Under the pieces are notes generated by a model. It was not told where the DNA came from. It worked only from the letters and a program-made list of their open reading frames with translations, and ran no database searches. Position numbers and translations under genes: made by a program. Positions 26,205-39,175 of a stretch of DNA of 64,000 nucleotides are shown piece after piece (position 1 is the stretch's first letter; each line of letters opens with the position of its first letter). Source of the stretch: Lama guanicoe (lineage: Eukaryota); the NCBI GenBank assembly GCA_013239625.1, contig MU053933.1, forward strand, positions 1,304,001 through 1,368,000, given 5' to 3'.

Positions 26205-26850
26205 TTTTCATCCTGAAAATGTTTGAACATCCAGAAATAGGAGAATAATCTAATGTCCCACCAACAAATGAACAGGTTCGACCTGTTGCCACATTTGCTT
26301 TGCTTTATTATTTGTGTGTATGTGAAACATATTACAGGAGATCACACCCAGCCTGGCATCTCACCCCTAAACATTTAGGATAAAATCTTTGGCAGAGACA
26401 AACACTTCAAGTCTCTGGCAGAGACAAGCAATTCTTACACGACCTCTACGCTGTCACCGCAGGTAACCAGAGCAGGCTCCTTCCTCCGTGTCATCCGGTG
26501 CTAGTCCACGTTCAAGCTTTCCACGGTCCCCCAGATGCTGTTTCACAGCTGGTTTGTTTGAAGAATGATACAAAGTCCCCACCCTGCATTTGCTTTTATG
26601 TCACTTCCATTTCTCCTCATCTGTAAGCAGCCCCTCCCTTTTTCCTTGCATGCCAAGGCTTATTGAAGAGGCCAGGTCAAAGGCCCCTCGTTCAGGATGT
26701 CTCTGCTTGTTGCGATGATGTCTAACTGTTCTCTGCCTCCCTTTCCTTGTGATTTCCTGTAAATGAGAGTTTAGATCTAAAGGGTCCATTAGACTCAGGC
26801 TCATTACTTTGGCAGGAAAACTTCACAGGAGTTGCATCTCTCAGAAGGCA
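26205..26850 (-). mobile_element. L1MC4/5-like 3' UTR fragment (piece 1 of a split element)
   Basis: ttgccacatttgctt; cagctggtttgtttgaa; ttattgaagaggccaggtca; tttcctgtaaat...tagatctaaagg...ttagactcaggctca...tttggcaggaaaacttcacagg. Confidence 0.6.
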
Positions 26851-26889
26851 GCAGGCTGTTTGGCTCCGAGGATGCTGGGATGGACCACT

Positions 26890-28586
26890 AATAATGAACA
26901 ATCACAAAGAGAAATTTTAAAGATAATCCTGTTTATAATTGTATCAAAAATAATCAATACCTGGAAATAAATGTAACCAAGAAGGTGAAAGACCTATATA
27001 CTGAAAACTACAAGACATTAATGAAAGAAATTTAAGAAGACACGAACAGATGGAAAGAAATATCAGCTCATGGATTGGAAAAACGAATATTGTTAAAACG
27101 TTCATACCACCCAAAGCAATACACAGATTCACTGGAATCCCTACCAAAATTCCAAGGCATTTTTCACAGAAATAAAACAGACAACCCTAAATCTGTGTGG
27201 AGCCATAAAGACCCTGAATAGCCAAAGAAGTCTTGAGAAGAAAGGGCAAAGCTGAAGAGATTGAGCATCTTGGTTTCAAACTATATCACAAAGCGACAGT
27301 AATCAAAACAGTATGGTACTGGCACAAGTAGACATATAGATTAATGAAACAGATTAGAGAGCCAAGAAATAAACCCACTATATATGGTCAATTGATTTAT
27401 GACAAAGGAGCCAAGAATATAAAATAGGAAAAAAAAGATAATCTCTTCAATAAATGGTATTGGGAGAACTGAACAGCCACATGAAGAAGAATGAAACTGG
27501 ATCACTGTCTTGCCCCACACACAGAGATTAACTCAAAATGGATTAAAGATTTGCATGTAGGACCTAAAACCATAAAGCTCCTAGAAGAAAAGGTAAGGGG
27601 TAAACTCTTTGACATAGGCCTTGGTGATGACTTTTTAAAGTCTGACACCGTAAGCAAAAGCAACAAAAGCACAAATAGACACGCAACTGAAAGCTTCCAC
27701 ACAGCAAAGGACGCTGTTGGCAAAATGGAAAGGAAACAAACTGAACGAGAGAAAATATTTGCAAATCATGTGTCTGATAAAGGGCTGGTATTTGAAATAT
27801 ATAAAGAACTCAAACAATTCAGCAGCAAAAAGTTGAATCTAATTTAAAAATGGGCAGAAGATCTGAAGGGACGATTTTCCAAAGAAGACACACAGAAGGC
27901 CAACAGGGACATGAAAAGATGCTCAGCATCACCGACCGTCAGGGAAACGCACATCAAAACCACAGTGAGGTGTCACCTCGCACCTGCCAGAGCGGCTAAT
28001 AACACAAAGACGAGAAACAAAAAGTGTTGGCGAGGATGTGGAGGGAAGGGAAACCTTGTGCACTTTGGTGGGAAAGTAAATTGGTGCAGCCACTGTGGAA
28101 AACAGTATGGAGGTTCCTCAAGAAATTAAAAATAGAATTACCAACAGATCCGGCCATTACACTTCTGGGTATTTATGTGGGAAAAAAATGAAACACTAAG
28201 TCAAAAAGATACCTGCGCCCCACGTTCACCACAGCACTTTTTTCAGTAACCGCCACACAGGAACGACCCACGGGCCCGCTGATGGACGGTGGACGCGGGA
28301 TCTGTAACAGGTACTGTCCGGCCATAAAAGAGTGGCGCTTGCCATTTGCCACAACGTGGGTGGATGCCAAGGACATCGTGCTAAGTGAACAAAGTCAGAC
28401 AGAGAGAGACCAACACCGCATGACCTTTCTTACACATGGGATCTGAAAAACAGAGACAAAAAACCCAAGCTCACAGACACAGAGAAGAGGCTGGTGGTTG
28501 CCAGAGGCGCGGGGAGGCGGCGGGAGGGAGCCGAGAGACGGGTGGGGTATTCCTGCTTTCAGTTTAAATAAATTGAAAAAAATAAA
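26890..28586 (+). mobile_element. 5'-truncated L1: decayed ORF2 C-terminal part, 3' UTR and A-tail
   Basis: ORF2 remnants MKLDHCLAPHTEINSKWIKDLHV (27491) and [30 protein letters not shown] (27911 ORF); stops and frameshifts; aataaa/A-rich end near 28566-28586. Confidence 0.95.
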
Positions 28587-28589
28587 GCT

Positions 28590-29025
28590 TGCGATTACAC
28601 TGACATTTCCAATTCAAATTTAAGACTGAAGTGTTATACTTAACCTGTGTGATTGTTCATTTGTTCATCTTTCTCTCACACCAATACTTTTGTTTCCTCG
28701 CAGCATCCACATAATTACTTACTGCCTTTCTCCTAGAAAACACAAAAACGCTCTCAAATAACAATGCCAGATTTAATGCTAGCAATAGGCCTTACTGAAT
28801 GAGATTTATGATTTCTCTGTTGTTCTTCTGGTCCTGAAAGCACATCCTACTGAATAAAGGCAAGCACTACGCTCTGGGGTCCTTTGAAATCAATCTTTTC
28901 CTTGGTTGTGCTGCAAACTCCATATAGATTTACATGCTTGCTGGTTTCTCTTCATAAGGAAACTTTCTTTCTCAATTCAAGTTTTTTTTTGAATATGGAA
29001 CACATGTGCTTAGTTCTGAAGCCAC
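28590..29025 (-). mobile_element. L1MC4/5-like fragment (piece 2)
   Basis: cactgacatttccaattcaaattttaagact...ttatacttaac...cacataattactta; AT-rich. Confidence 0.55.
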
Positions 29026-29030
29026 GCACG

Positions 29031-29930
29031 GTGAGATAACAGAAAATCCATGCTGGCCTCTGCCACCGGTGCCCGGCGCGGAGCTCCAGGGTCCCTGGAA
29101 ATTCCCAAGTGACAAGAGCAGGAGGAGCGTCTTCTGTTCTAGTGTTTAGTCCCTGACCCTAGTTCCTGACACAGGGCTCCTGAACCCTGTCACTTCCTGG
29201 GCGGCAGCAGTGTCCTTTGTCCTGGTGAGGAGGCTCCAGGTGGGCTCCTGGGTGGGGGCTGGTCGCCACAAAGAACGAGCCAGGATCAGACACTTGAAAT
29301 GTTCAGCGCCCCATCCCCAGCTTCTCCAGAGATGCAGGGGATCATGGGCCATGCCTCCATGAGGGAGCGCCCATAAACCCCCAAAGTGCGGGGTTCAGAG
29401 AACTTCCAGGCTGGCAGACACACGCACACACTAGGAGGGTGACGCACCCCAAGTCCACGGGGACAGAAGCTCCTGCACTCGGGACCCTCACAGACCTCAC
29501 CCTGCGCATCTCTCCGTCTGGCTCTTCCTCCTTTATCCAATCCCATATTATATAAAAAACTGGTGAACGTGTTTCCCTGAGTTCTGTGAGCTGCTCTAGC
29601 AAATTCACTGGACCCAAGGAGGGGGTTGTGGGAAGTTCTGATTTTTGGCCAAGGCGGACGGAAGTCGTGGGTCATCTGGGGACCTCCTACTCATAACCGG
29701 CGTCTGAAGTCTAGGGGGAGGCAGTCTTGTGGGACTGAAGGCTTAGCCTGCGAGATCTGATGCTAATTCCAGGTAAGGTAGTGTCAGGATTGAGTGACGC
29801 TGCGGGACACCTGGCTGGTGTCGCAGAATTGCTTGATGTGGGGGAAACCCCCACCAATCTGGTGTCGGAAGGGAAGTGCTCTGAGTTAGCAGCGAGACCC
29901 GCACACAGGCGAGGGACTGGGTGCTTTTCC
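29031..29930 (+). mobile_element. MER21-like solo LTR
   Basis: gttcctgacacagggctcctgaaccc; ggggttcagagaacttccaggctgg; ggggacagaagctcctgcactcgggaccct; gtttccctgagttctgtgagctgctctagcaaatt; gcagtcttgtgggactga. Confidence 0.9.
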
Positions 29931-29934
29931 CAGC

Positions 29935-30140
29935 ATAAACTCTGCAGCAAAGCGTATCCAGAGAAGTTTAGCTGCCACTCCTGCCCCCGCTCACCACTTA
30001 GGCTCCATTTTTATTAGTTCTTCATTTATTTTCCAGCACTGTTATTTTTTGCAAATATAAGTACACAGGCACACATGCACGTTTTTCACTCTTTGTTACA
30101 CAAAAGACAGCTCACTACATACTGCACTCTGCTTTATCTC
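29935..30140 (-). mobile_element. L1MC4/5-like fragment (piece 3)
   Basis: tatccagagaagtttagct...ttttattagtt...aaatataag...ttacacaaaagacagc...tactgcactctgcttt. Confidence 0.55.
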
Positions 30141-30402
30141 CTTGTCAATCCCCGGAGAAGTAGGGGAAACCCGGCAAGATGGAAACGGGGGTCTGGCGTA
30201 CTTCCTGCAGGCAGTGGGCGGGGCCGAAGGCACGGCGTGATGAACGTGGAGTTTCTAGCAGTCGATGTTTGCGGGGATGTTGGGAAGAATCTTCGGTGAG
30301 ACCGTGAACACCAAGTTCGCGTCCAGGCTCTGAAGCTGACTAGCCTGAAAAGTCTCACGGTTTAGGTGAGCCCCTCACCCCTTGCGTGAGGCTGCAGTTG
30401 GC

Positions 30403-30825
30403 GCAGCGGGTTGGACAGGGTCCCCGCAATTCCGTGTCCACCTGGAACACCACAGCATGACCTTACTTGGAAACAGGATCCTTGTGGGTATAATCAACGT
30501 AAGAGAAGGTCACAACGGGCCCTAAATCCAACGACTGGTGTGTGTGTAGGAAGAGGACACACGTAGACACAGGAAGAAGGCCATGTGATGGCGGAGACTC
30601 GGCTGATGCTGCCACAGACCTTGGAAGGCCAAGGACGGCTGGTACCCACCGAAAGCGGGAGAAACAAGGAAGCCCCTCCCCTGGAACCTTCAGCAGGACC
30701 ACAGCCCTGCCTCTCCCGGCCTTTGATCTTGGGCTTCTGGCCTCCAGAACTGTGGGAGAATGGATTCCTGTTGTTTAAACGGCCCAGTTTGTGCACTTTG
30801 TGGCAGGAGCCCCAGGACACTGGGA
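30403..30825 (+). mobile_element. MLT1C-like solo LTR
   Basis: atgaccttacttggaaacagg; gggccctaaatccaacgactggtgt; cttctggcctccagaactgtgggagaat...ctgttgtttaa. Confidence 0.85.
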
Positions 30826-33139
30826 GAGGTGGCCTCATCTCTGAGGCCACTCCCTGCGTGGACCCCGAGGACCATCCCAGATTGAGTGGCACTCAAACAG
30901 CAGAAGCAGGCATGGGTGGAGACCACCCCAGCTGCAATCGGTTCCCATGATGCTTGTAATCACTTAAGCAAGAATGGCGACTGTAAACACACATTAAAAG
31001 ATTCTCAATTACATGGATCTCCCGGGCAAAATTATATTTTCATAAACACTGCAGAAAACGACTCAGAGAACTGGATTACGGGGCCAGCCCGGAAACCAGT
31101 CTGAAGGCAGAAGCGCCCCCAGTACCCACCAGACTCGGGCCCCTCCTGCAAGCCCCGCCCCGCCCCCCAACTCCAGGTACCTGCCTGGCCTGCTGGGACG
31201 CTTCCTCCCGGGGCCTCAGCATGCTCGAAGCCCTGCTCAAACCAGCACCTCCACCAGAACGTGGTCTGGGGCCCTTGTCACACACAGGCTCCGCTGGTCT
31301 GCTGTCTTTGGACACATTGGTCGGTCAACCCCAGGCTTGCGGGCGCCTGCTGTTACCTGTCCACGTGTGCCCGTCTGTCCTTGAAGTCACAGAAGTTAGA
31401 TGGGTGATGGCAGTGTCAGCTGCCTGGCCAGCCCATCTAACCACTGTTAACAGAGGAGCCAGAGAGAGGATAGAGGAGGGGGTGCCCTCTCCTGCACCCA
31501 GGGCCCCACGCCCCTCGGGCACCGCGGTTCCCGTGAGGCCCCGGTGGAGGTGGGCTGCCCGGCTCAGTCAGGAAACACTGCAGAAACAGCCAGTCCGTTC
31601 TCTGGGCTCCCCGGGACTTAGGTGTCCAGCAGCTCTCCTTCCATCAGTGGGGCCAGTGATCCACCGTCCCCACCAGCAGGAGGGCCCTCACACAGATGTG
31701 ATCTGCTCACATGTGGTCCATCCAGATGTCCCCAGAGTACATGGCTGGGCCCGAAACCTGACGATGTGTGTCTAGAGGACCCTTAGTCCCCTCTGCCTGA
31801 GGGGTTCTCAGGCCACTTCAGGCTGTCATCACTTTGGCAGGAATTCTTGGCACTAGGCACCCGTGGTTTGAAATAATTATTTGCACTCTGCCCTTAGTTT
31901 CAGGAACGAATTCCTGGATAACTGTCCTTTCTAGTTCTTTGCAAAGATTCTTCAGGGAACAGCGCAGCTGGGCTGGGGGGAGGTGGGCTGTGAGGAGACC
32001 CGGGATGTGGGGGCGGCACGGGCAGAGGCTGACACTTTTCCAAGGCCCCTGGCTCCCTCCAGGCTGCTCGGGCCTTGGGGTGGGGGGCTGCTGGGGGTCA
32101 GCGCTCTGTGCTGTGGGTTGTTCATTCACTGGGATGGGACGTCCCCCCTGCCTTCCTCTGCTTTGTGAGTCAGGCAGTGATGCCCTTTCCAGGCTTTAGA
32201 GATCTCCCCGAGAGCTCCGGTGCCTCCCGTCACCCACGTGGTCTGTCTCGAGGTCACGGCGTCGGGGACAGCCCTTATGGCCACATTGTGATCCGCGTGC
32301 CCCCCCGGGTTCTTGTTTGCACCGTCTCCACGTTCAGGCTCCCCTCTGTCTTGGCCTTGAGGCCAGATCTTTCTTTTCAGGGCATTTTTGTGATCTACAC
32401 CCGCCAAGTTCTGGGTGTAGGTCTGCTTTTGCCACGCCACCTCCCCCAAGCTCTTACGGGACCAAGGGCAGGAGGGGTGCCTCTCAGATCCTGCCTCACA
32501 ACAACTCGGTCAGGGCAGGACCCCCCCCGGCCCCACACCTGGGTACTGTGCCAGGCCTTGGTCCTTTTAGTCTCCTGGGTGCAAGGCTCCAAATGGGGGT
32601 ATGTTTGCCTCTGGTGCAGGGAGGAGTGGTGAGATGGCCGTGGCTGAGCTCTCTGCAGCCGGAGCCTGACTTCCGTCTGTGTTACACATCACTGTCAGCA
32701 GGGACCTCTCTCCACTGCACGTGCTGTGGGCCCTCTGGGCCGGGCTCCGCGGGGCTGACCCTCGGGGAGGGGTGGTACATGCGTATGATGGGGTTGGGGG
32801 GCCTGGGGGGGTCAGACTGAGCCTGCTCGACTGCACAGCATTCTGTCTACAGAGCTCTGTGCTGGGGGAAGAGCGGCCGCAGAGGAAAGAGAGAGAACAA
32901 GGCTGCTGTAAACACAGCTGCCCCAGTTCTGAGTGATCGGCAAGAGGGTTCCCATCAGTGGAAGCACCGCCTGTAAGGGCACTTTTTAGACAGCATCGCA
33001 GGGACAGGTGGGTCCACACGTGTGTCTGCCCACACCTGAGACCTCGGCCCACTTCTGAGGTCCAGGAGGCCTTACTTACCCGTGCCCTGCTGTCGCTTGC
33101 TCCCCTGTGAGAGAGAACCCCGTTTCAGTACGAAGCTGC

Positions 33140-33690
33140 ATTGCTGAGAATTCTTTTTGGCCGCAAATGACAGAACAACAACCCAAGCTCATTTCAGAAA
33201 AGCAGGGAATGTGCTGGTTGACTTAACTAGAAATTGTAGGGTGATCTCGCTTCAGGAACAGCTGGATCCAGGAACTCTAAAGACATCACTGGGCACCCAC
33301 TTGTTCAGACTAAACTTGATTTCAACTGTGTTGGCTTCACTCTCAGGCAAAGATGGCCCAGGAGTGCTAGTCTTAGGGGTCCTTGGCACCTCCAGCCTGG
33401 AGGCTCAGGGTCATTCTGCCTTCGCTGTTCCAGCAAAATCCTGCACAGGACTTTGATTCTTTGGACTCAGGTCACATGCTTGTCCCTGAAGTGACTCTGT
33501 GGGTGGGGAAATACAATCCTCTCATTGGCTGGCCTTGGATCACATGACCTCAGCCAGCTCATGTGACCATCCTGCTGTGTCAACAACAACAAAAGCCACT
33601 ATGGGCAGTAAGAGTGAGCAAGGAAGTTTTGCTAAAGGAAAGCAAAGAGGGGTTTTGCTACCAGAGGAGGAGGAAGTTGCGTCTGGGGAG
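33140..33690 (-). mobile_element. MLT1K-like old LTR
   Basis: gcaaatgacagaa...gcttcaggaacagctggatccagg...ggtcacatgcttgtccctgaa...ctcattggctggccttggatcacatg. Confidence 0.6.
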
Positions 33691-34629
33691 GTGAAGTCCA
33701 CTGGCGCCTGACTGTCCCAAGGGTGATTTCTGACGTCACCCTGGGAGAAGCTTCTTGCTTTCCAGGGCCCTCCCACCTCCCACAGAGCACACAGCTAGGA
33801 ACACAGTAGGTGCTCAGTACATGTTTGGGGTGTGGAAGCACACAGCAGGCACTGTGACCCAGTGAATCATTGAGTCCTCCTGCCTGGTACCATCCAGGCT
33901 GGATCTCTCACCTCCTGTGGGGCGTGTGGTAGGGGGTCCGTGTGAGAGACAGACAGACGGACGGGGGAGAGGAGTGTCCCCTGCTGCTGGGACACGATGC
34001 CCTTTGGAGGGCTGGCCCTGGGGACCCCCAGGAGTGCAGGTTATCTAAAGCCAGCTTCTTCCCCACTCTGCTCCCGTTGGCTTCAGGTCAAGACCCACAT
34101 GCGTTTGACGCTAATGGAAAACTGCCTTGTGACCCGTAAAGTGGCCTGAGCCAGCCGGCCTGTGACAGGGAGGGGGCTGGGCTGGGCCAGGAGGGCTGGG
34201 AGGGCCAGGCCTGGGGGGGCTGCCACGCCCACAAGGTCGGCCTGCGGGCTCCAGGGGCGGGGCCCATGGCTCTCCGGAGAGCACTGCACCCAGCGGCCAG
34301 CTTAGAGGGGGCAGCTCTCAGCTGGCCCTGGCTTGGCTGGGTGGGAACAATGCCAGAATTTCAGGCATTTGGAAATAAAGCAGCTGCAGGGACAGGCCAC
34401 CCCAGAGCCCCCTCCCCTAACCATCCTGTCAGATCAGCTGCTCACAAACCAGGGCCCGGGGGTCCCCCGGAAGCTGCAGAGAGATCTGAGAAGGGAAGAA
34501 AGGTCTCAGCCAGCACTTCAAACGGAAACCCTCTCAACCCCTCAGCGTCAGGGCTTCCTTCTCCTTTGCTATCTGCCTGCCTTTCTGGGTTTCCAGGGGC
34601 CGGCGGGGCTGGAAATAGAGGTACATTCC

Positions 34630-34960
34630 ATGCATTCGTTCACTTTGCAAATATTTGCTGAGCATCTCTGGGGGACGAGGCAGGCGGGGCCCACACTGCA
34701 CCCTCCTCCTCCTCCTCATCTCGTCTCTGTGAGCAAAACAGAGAAACCCCCGCCTTTAGGGAGCTGGTGCCAAGTGCAGGAAGACGGATAAGGAGCAAAC
34801 GGAGAATGAGGAAGTCAATTAGTAGACCAGGAGGTGCTACATGCCACGTAAAAGCCGGGCGTGCAGGACTGGCGGCTGGGAGTGGGTGGGCTCACTGTTG
34901 CCTGTGCTGGTTGGAGCGAGGCAGCCCCAGGGCTGTGAGCAGCGTGCTGACATCTCCCAT
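34630..34960 (-). mobile_element. L2 fragment
   Basis: cattcgttcac...caaatatttgctgagcatc...gtgagcaaaacagaga...ggagct. Confidence 0.5.
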
Positions 34961-35648
34961 CTGTGAGTTTTCAGGCTCCCTTGGCGCCACGTGGAGGACA
35001 GATGGTGGCGAGGGTGGCAGGGACACCAGTGAGAGCACGGCAGGTCCGGGGTGACCCAGCAAGGTGGAGTGGGCAGATCCTGGATGTGTCCTGCGGGGAG
35101 GGCCAGGGGGCTTTCCTGAGAACTGGGATTAGATCTGGACAAGTGCCAGGGCGTGGGGACCTGCTGCCCCGGGGGAGGCGGGTGGGGCCCCCTTGCTCAG
35201 CCCTCCGGACATCCAAGCCATGGTCTGCATTTCAGGACAGAGGGCTGGGTTGGGGGAGGCATCCGGGAGCCCTAGCGAAGGTTCACCCTTGTGCAAGTAT
35301 CTTTAATTCCGAGACCCACGCCAAAGCCCTGCAAACATTTACCCAACCCCCGCGCTGGGCCCTGGAGAACTGTTCTCACCGTGCAGAGTAGGACGTGGTT
35401 CTGAGAACTCCTGAGGCTGGGTGGGTGACAGCGTGTGGGTCACCTGACCTTCAACACGTTGGGTTCTGCCCTTCCAACCCCACTAAGAGCGCTGACCGCC
35501 ACGTGGGGACAAGGTCTGACAATGATGCTGCTCCTGTGGTCAAGGTCCTGTGATGCAGCGAGAAGTGACAATGGGAGACTCCCCCTTCGCACCACCTTCC
35601 CAGGGGGCTGCACTTAGACCTGGGGGTGCAGGCGGAAGGAAGCTGCTG

Positions 35649-35763
35649 AGTGTGTGTGGGGCACATGTGGGTGTGTGTGCGTGCGCGTGTGTGTGATCTG
35701 TCTTGTGTATCTGTGCATGTTGCAGGTGTGCGTGCATGTGTTTGTGTGTATGTGTGTGTGTGT
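35649..35763. repeat. Degenerate (TG)n simple repeat
   Basis: Directly visible. Confidence 0.85.
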
Positions 35764-36350
35764 GAGTGCTGAAGTCTGGTTTAAAAATGATCAACTGAAC
35801 TCGTGCAGAGAGAATCTGGGCTCGGAGGGCTCTGCCAGGTAGATGTGGCGCCAGCACACCCAGGACCCTGGAGGGGAGGGGGTGGGTGTGGATGCTCAGC
35901 TGGCAGCCGGCACGTCCCTCCCTGGGACTCACACTCCCATGTCCCCTCCAAAGCAGAGAAGCTGTGCCCTGAGCTGAGGCGGGGGAGGAGGAGGGCCTGA
36001 GGGGCAGAGGGTGAGGAAAGGGAGTGCACATGCCCCGGTAGGTAGGCGGCTGGGGCAGGAGGGGTCTGGGGGAGGGCACACCCCCACCCCAGAGGCTGCC
36101 CCTGTGAGTGGTGTGCTGGGACCTTGGGAAATAAGTAGCCCCATGAGGTCGGCTGTGGGCACTGGAGCCCCCACAGGAGTGTGGCCTGTGCTGGCAGCCA
36201 GCCTGAACGGGGTGGGAGGGTGGGGATGGTCTGTGCAATGTTCCAAGAGGAAGAATGGAGTCTAGGATGCTGACTGAAAACAGAGAGCAAAATGCCACGA
36301 GACGGCTCCAGGCTCCCTGGAAAGGACTCACCTCGTTTCCTGCACTGGGG

Positions 36351-36450
36351 ACATCACCACCACCTCTACCACCAGCACCGTCACCATCACCACCACATCT
36401 GCCACCATCATCACGACCCCCACCACCACCTGCAGCACCGCCACCATCGC
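36351..36450. repeat. Degenerate (CAC/CAT)n trinucleotide repeat
   Basis: Directly visible; produces the His-rich and Pro-rich ORF artefacts. Confidence 0.85.
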
Positions 36451-38707
36451 TGCCGCGGGCTCGTCACTGCTGCTCAGGAGGTAGCGACTGAAGGTTCCCC
36501 CCACCCCGCGCAGGCTTCCTCCATCCTTGTCTGCCTCGCTTCCCCTGTGCTTCGGGAGCTGCCCAGCAGGTGGTGACTGCTCCCCAGGCTCCCTCCGGCT
36601 TCCAGCTGGGGCCTGGCCAGTCGGGGGCAGGGGCAGGACATGGCATGGAGGAAGCAGACGGGGCCTTGCTCAGCTGCATCACGCAGCGGCCCGTCTCTGC
36701 AGGAGCACAGGTCCTGCCAGGTGGTCCTTCCCAGGGCTCCTGCCCTCACCCTGGGGACAGCTTTCCTTGCTGTGCCCCTTCGGCTGGGGTGGTCGTGGCT
36801 CCTACTCTCACGGGTCCCTTGATGCCCCAGCAGCTCTGGTTGTTTCCCTCAACCTTGCCAATACCTCTGAAATGTTCTTTTCATTAACAAATCTCTTCCA
36901 CCACCCCCCGTGAGTGGGCCATCTGTTTCCTGCTCAGCTCTGAAAGCTGCCAGTCTCGTGGAGCACCAGGCGTGCCACACCCATCCCAGAGGGAGCCAGA
37001 GCACCTATCCGAGGCCCCGTCATAACGCCTGGCAGTGCCTGTGCCTGGGGCGTCCAGGCTGAGCCCAGGGGTCCCGCCTGCCCCGGGGTCCCGCCTGCCC
37101 CCGGGGTCCTACTCCGGAAGCCGAGGTGGGAGCAAGAATGAGGGAGGAATCAGACAGCCCTGGGTGGAATGGGGGTCTGTCCAAGACTGGAGGGTCTGTC
37201 CAAGGCGGTCTGGAGCCTGCCCGGGCTGCCCCCACGGCGCTGGGAGGGTCTGCTGGGTTGCGGGGTAGCCTTGGGCTTTGAGGAGCGGAGGAAAGACAGA
37301 CCCTCAGCCTGGGGAACACAGTACCCTCTCCAAAGAGCGCTGGGCAGGGGAGCGCAAACTGCTGCCCTTTCTTCTGGGATAAAACCCCTCTCACCTCCCC
37401 TCTCCCCCTGCCTTCTCCCCCTGCCCACCCCGGCCCCTGGCAGGTCTGGGTTCACAAAAGCAGCCGCTTTGCTTTCCCCTCCCTCCGCCACCCCCTGGTT
37501 TTGTCTCCCTGTCCTGAAGCCCCTCTCAGATCTCAGGGCTCCACACTGCTGCCAGCAGGTCATGACCCCGTGCGGGGGCTCGGAGCTGGGTCCTCAGCCT
37601 CTCCGTCCCCTGGACTCCAGATAGGAGCCATGAGCGTCCCCAAGCCCATCCAGAGGGGCTGAGGAGTGGCCCTCTGCTTCCACATGTGGGACTTCGCCAG
37701 GTTTCTGGGTCCAGCACCTTCCCATAGTGTCCACTCCTGGGTCCTGGGGACACTGGACTCCTCAAAGTGGTCCCACTGACTCCTAGCGGAGGCACAGTCC
37801 CAGGGCAGCATAGAAATTGTCCCCCTGGAACAAAATGGAAGTTTCTGGAGCAGAGCCCGTGTAGGCAGGGAGGGGCTGGCCAGGGGGTCGGGGCTCTGCT
37901 GCCTTCCTCTGGGCTCCTGGCCTCTTCTCCAGGGTCCGGATCCAACCCTGTCACTCCTACTCCCCCGGGGGCCCCTCCCCTCCTTCTCTTTTTCCCTCGG
38001 TGACAGTAGTGACAGTAACAGTTGCGGGCCGCAGCACCTGCTGGCCGGCAGACCCACAGCGCCACTTGAGGGGGGCCTCACCCTTTCCTTGAGAACACCC
38101 CTCGGCATGCAAGCTGTGAGCTGCACCCAAGATCTGGGAGAGGTCCCAAGGACCACGACAAAGCCACTACTTCTTCGGAATCTCAGGTTCTGACTTAAAA
38201 TTCATTCTTATAGTGCATTCTTCCCCACCCCAGTCCACACTTTACACGGAATGCTCCCTGGGTGGCAGCTCTGCTCACCGCTCCCCAGAGCCTTTGGGTC
38301 TGAAACTTGGGCCAGCGGACGCCAGTGGCTGCTCAAGGCACAGACCATCAGGGTGACCAGATGACAGTGTACTTGCCTGGTGGGCAGGCAGGGAGCCAGG
38401 TGCAGAGCCTGGACTTGACCAGCATTGTGCAGGGTGGGGACCCAGCCGCTGGAAGAAAGGCCTGTTTACTGGAGTGGGAGGATGCCAGCTGCAGGCCTGT
38501 CAGGCTCAGTGGGATCTACCCAGAGACAATGGGCAGCCTGGGCCCTGGCCATGCCATCCTCCTGGGCCGTGCAGGTGTGCCACCGTGCACCTGGCACCAT
38601 GGACGAGGCGAGCAGAGAGGGGACGTTGTTTTGAGGAGCTTCTGTGTCCAGATGCACATGTGTGAGGTCAGCCAAGACAACGTGGGCAGAGCCACAGGGC
38701 CACCAAG

Positions 38708-39175
38708 TGTGGTGGGTCGCCTAGTGGTCCCCAAAGCTGTCCACATTCTCATCCCAGAACCTGTGAATATGTTACTTTCAGGGCAAAGGGGCACTCAGGT
38801 TGCAAATTTCCTCCCCACAAAGTGGGAGGATGACTCTAGATTCTCGGGGAGGGGGCAAGTGTACTCACAGGGGTCCCTTAAATGGCGGGTGGGAGAATCA
38901 GCGTTAGGGAAATGCAGAGTGAGAAAACTTGACGCCCACCGCTGGCCATGAACCAAGGGAGGGGGCGCAGGACCAGGAGAGCGGGCGGCCCGGCAGCCGG
39001 GGGGGCCGGGAGACGGAGCCTCCCCTGGGGCCCCCAGAGGGGCCAGGCCTACCCACACCTTCACGTTAGCCCCGGGAGACCCGCGTGGGGCCTCTGACCC
39101 CAGAGGCTGTAAGAGAATAAATCTGTGTCTAAAGCCACTGAGTTTGTGGTCACTTGTCTCAGAGACAGGAACTTT
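38708..39175 (+). mobile_element. MLT1D-like solo LTR
   Basis: tgtggtggg...ccccaaagctgtccacattctcatcccagaacctgtgaatatgttac...ctgtaagagaataaatctgtgt..taaagccactgagtttgtggt. Confidence 0.85.

Noticed and set aside
34670..34735. Peptide RQAGPTLHPPP, with LLLLLI in another frame, reminiscent of the recalled C-terminus of human MYEOV; also GLSQEAE in the 53368-53553 minus ORF
   Set aside because: Short, low-complexity matches lying inside repeats, on opposite strands 19 kb apart, with no upstream similarity. Treated as chance. A synteny alignment to human 11q13.3 would settle it.
36255..36576. His-rich and Pro-rich ORFs
   Set aside because: Translations of a degenerate (CAC)n simple repeat
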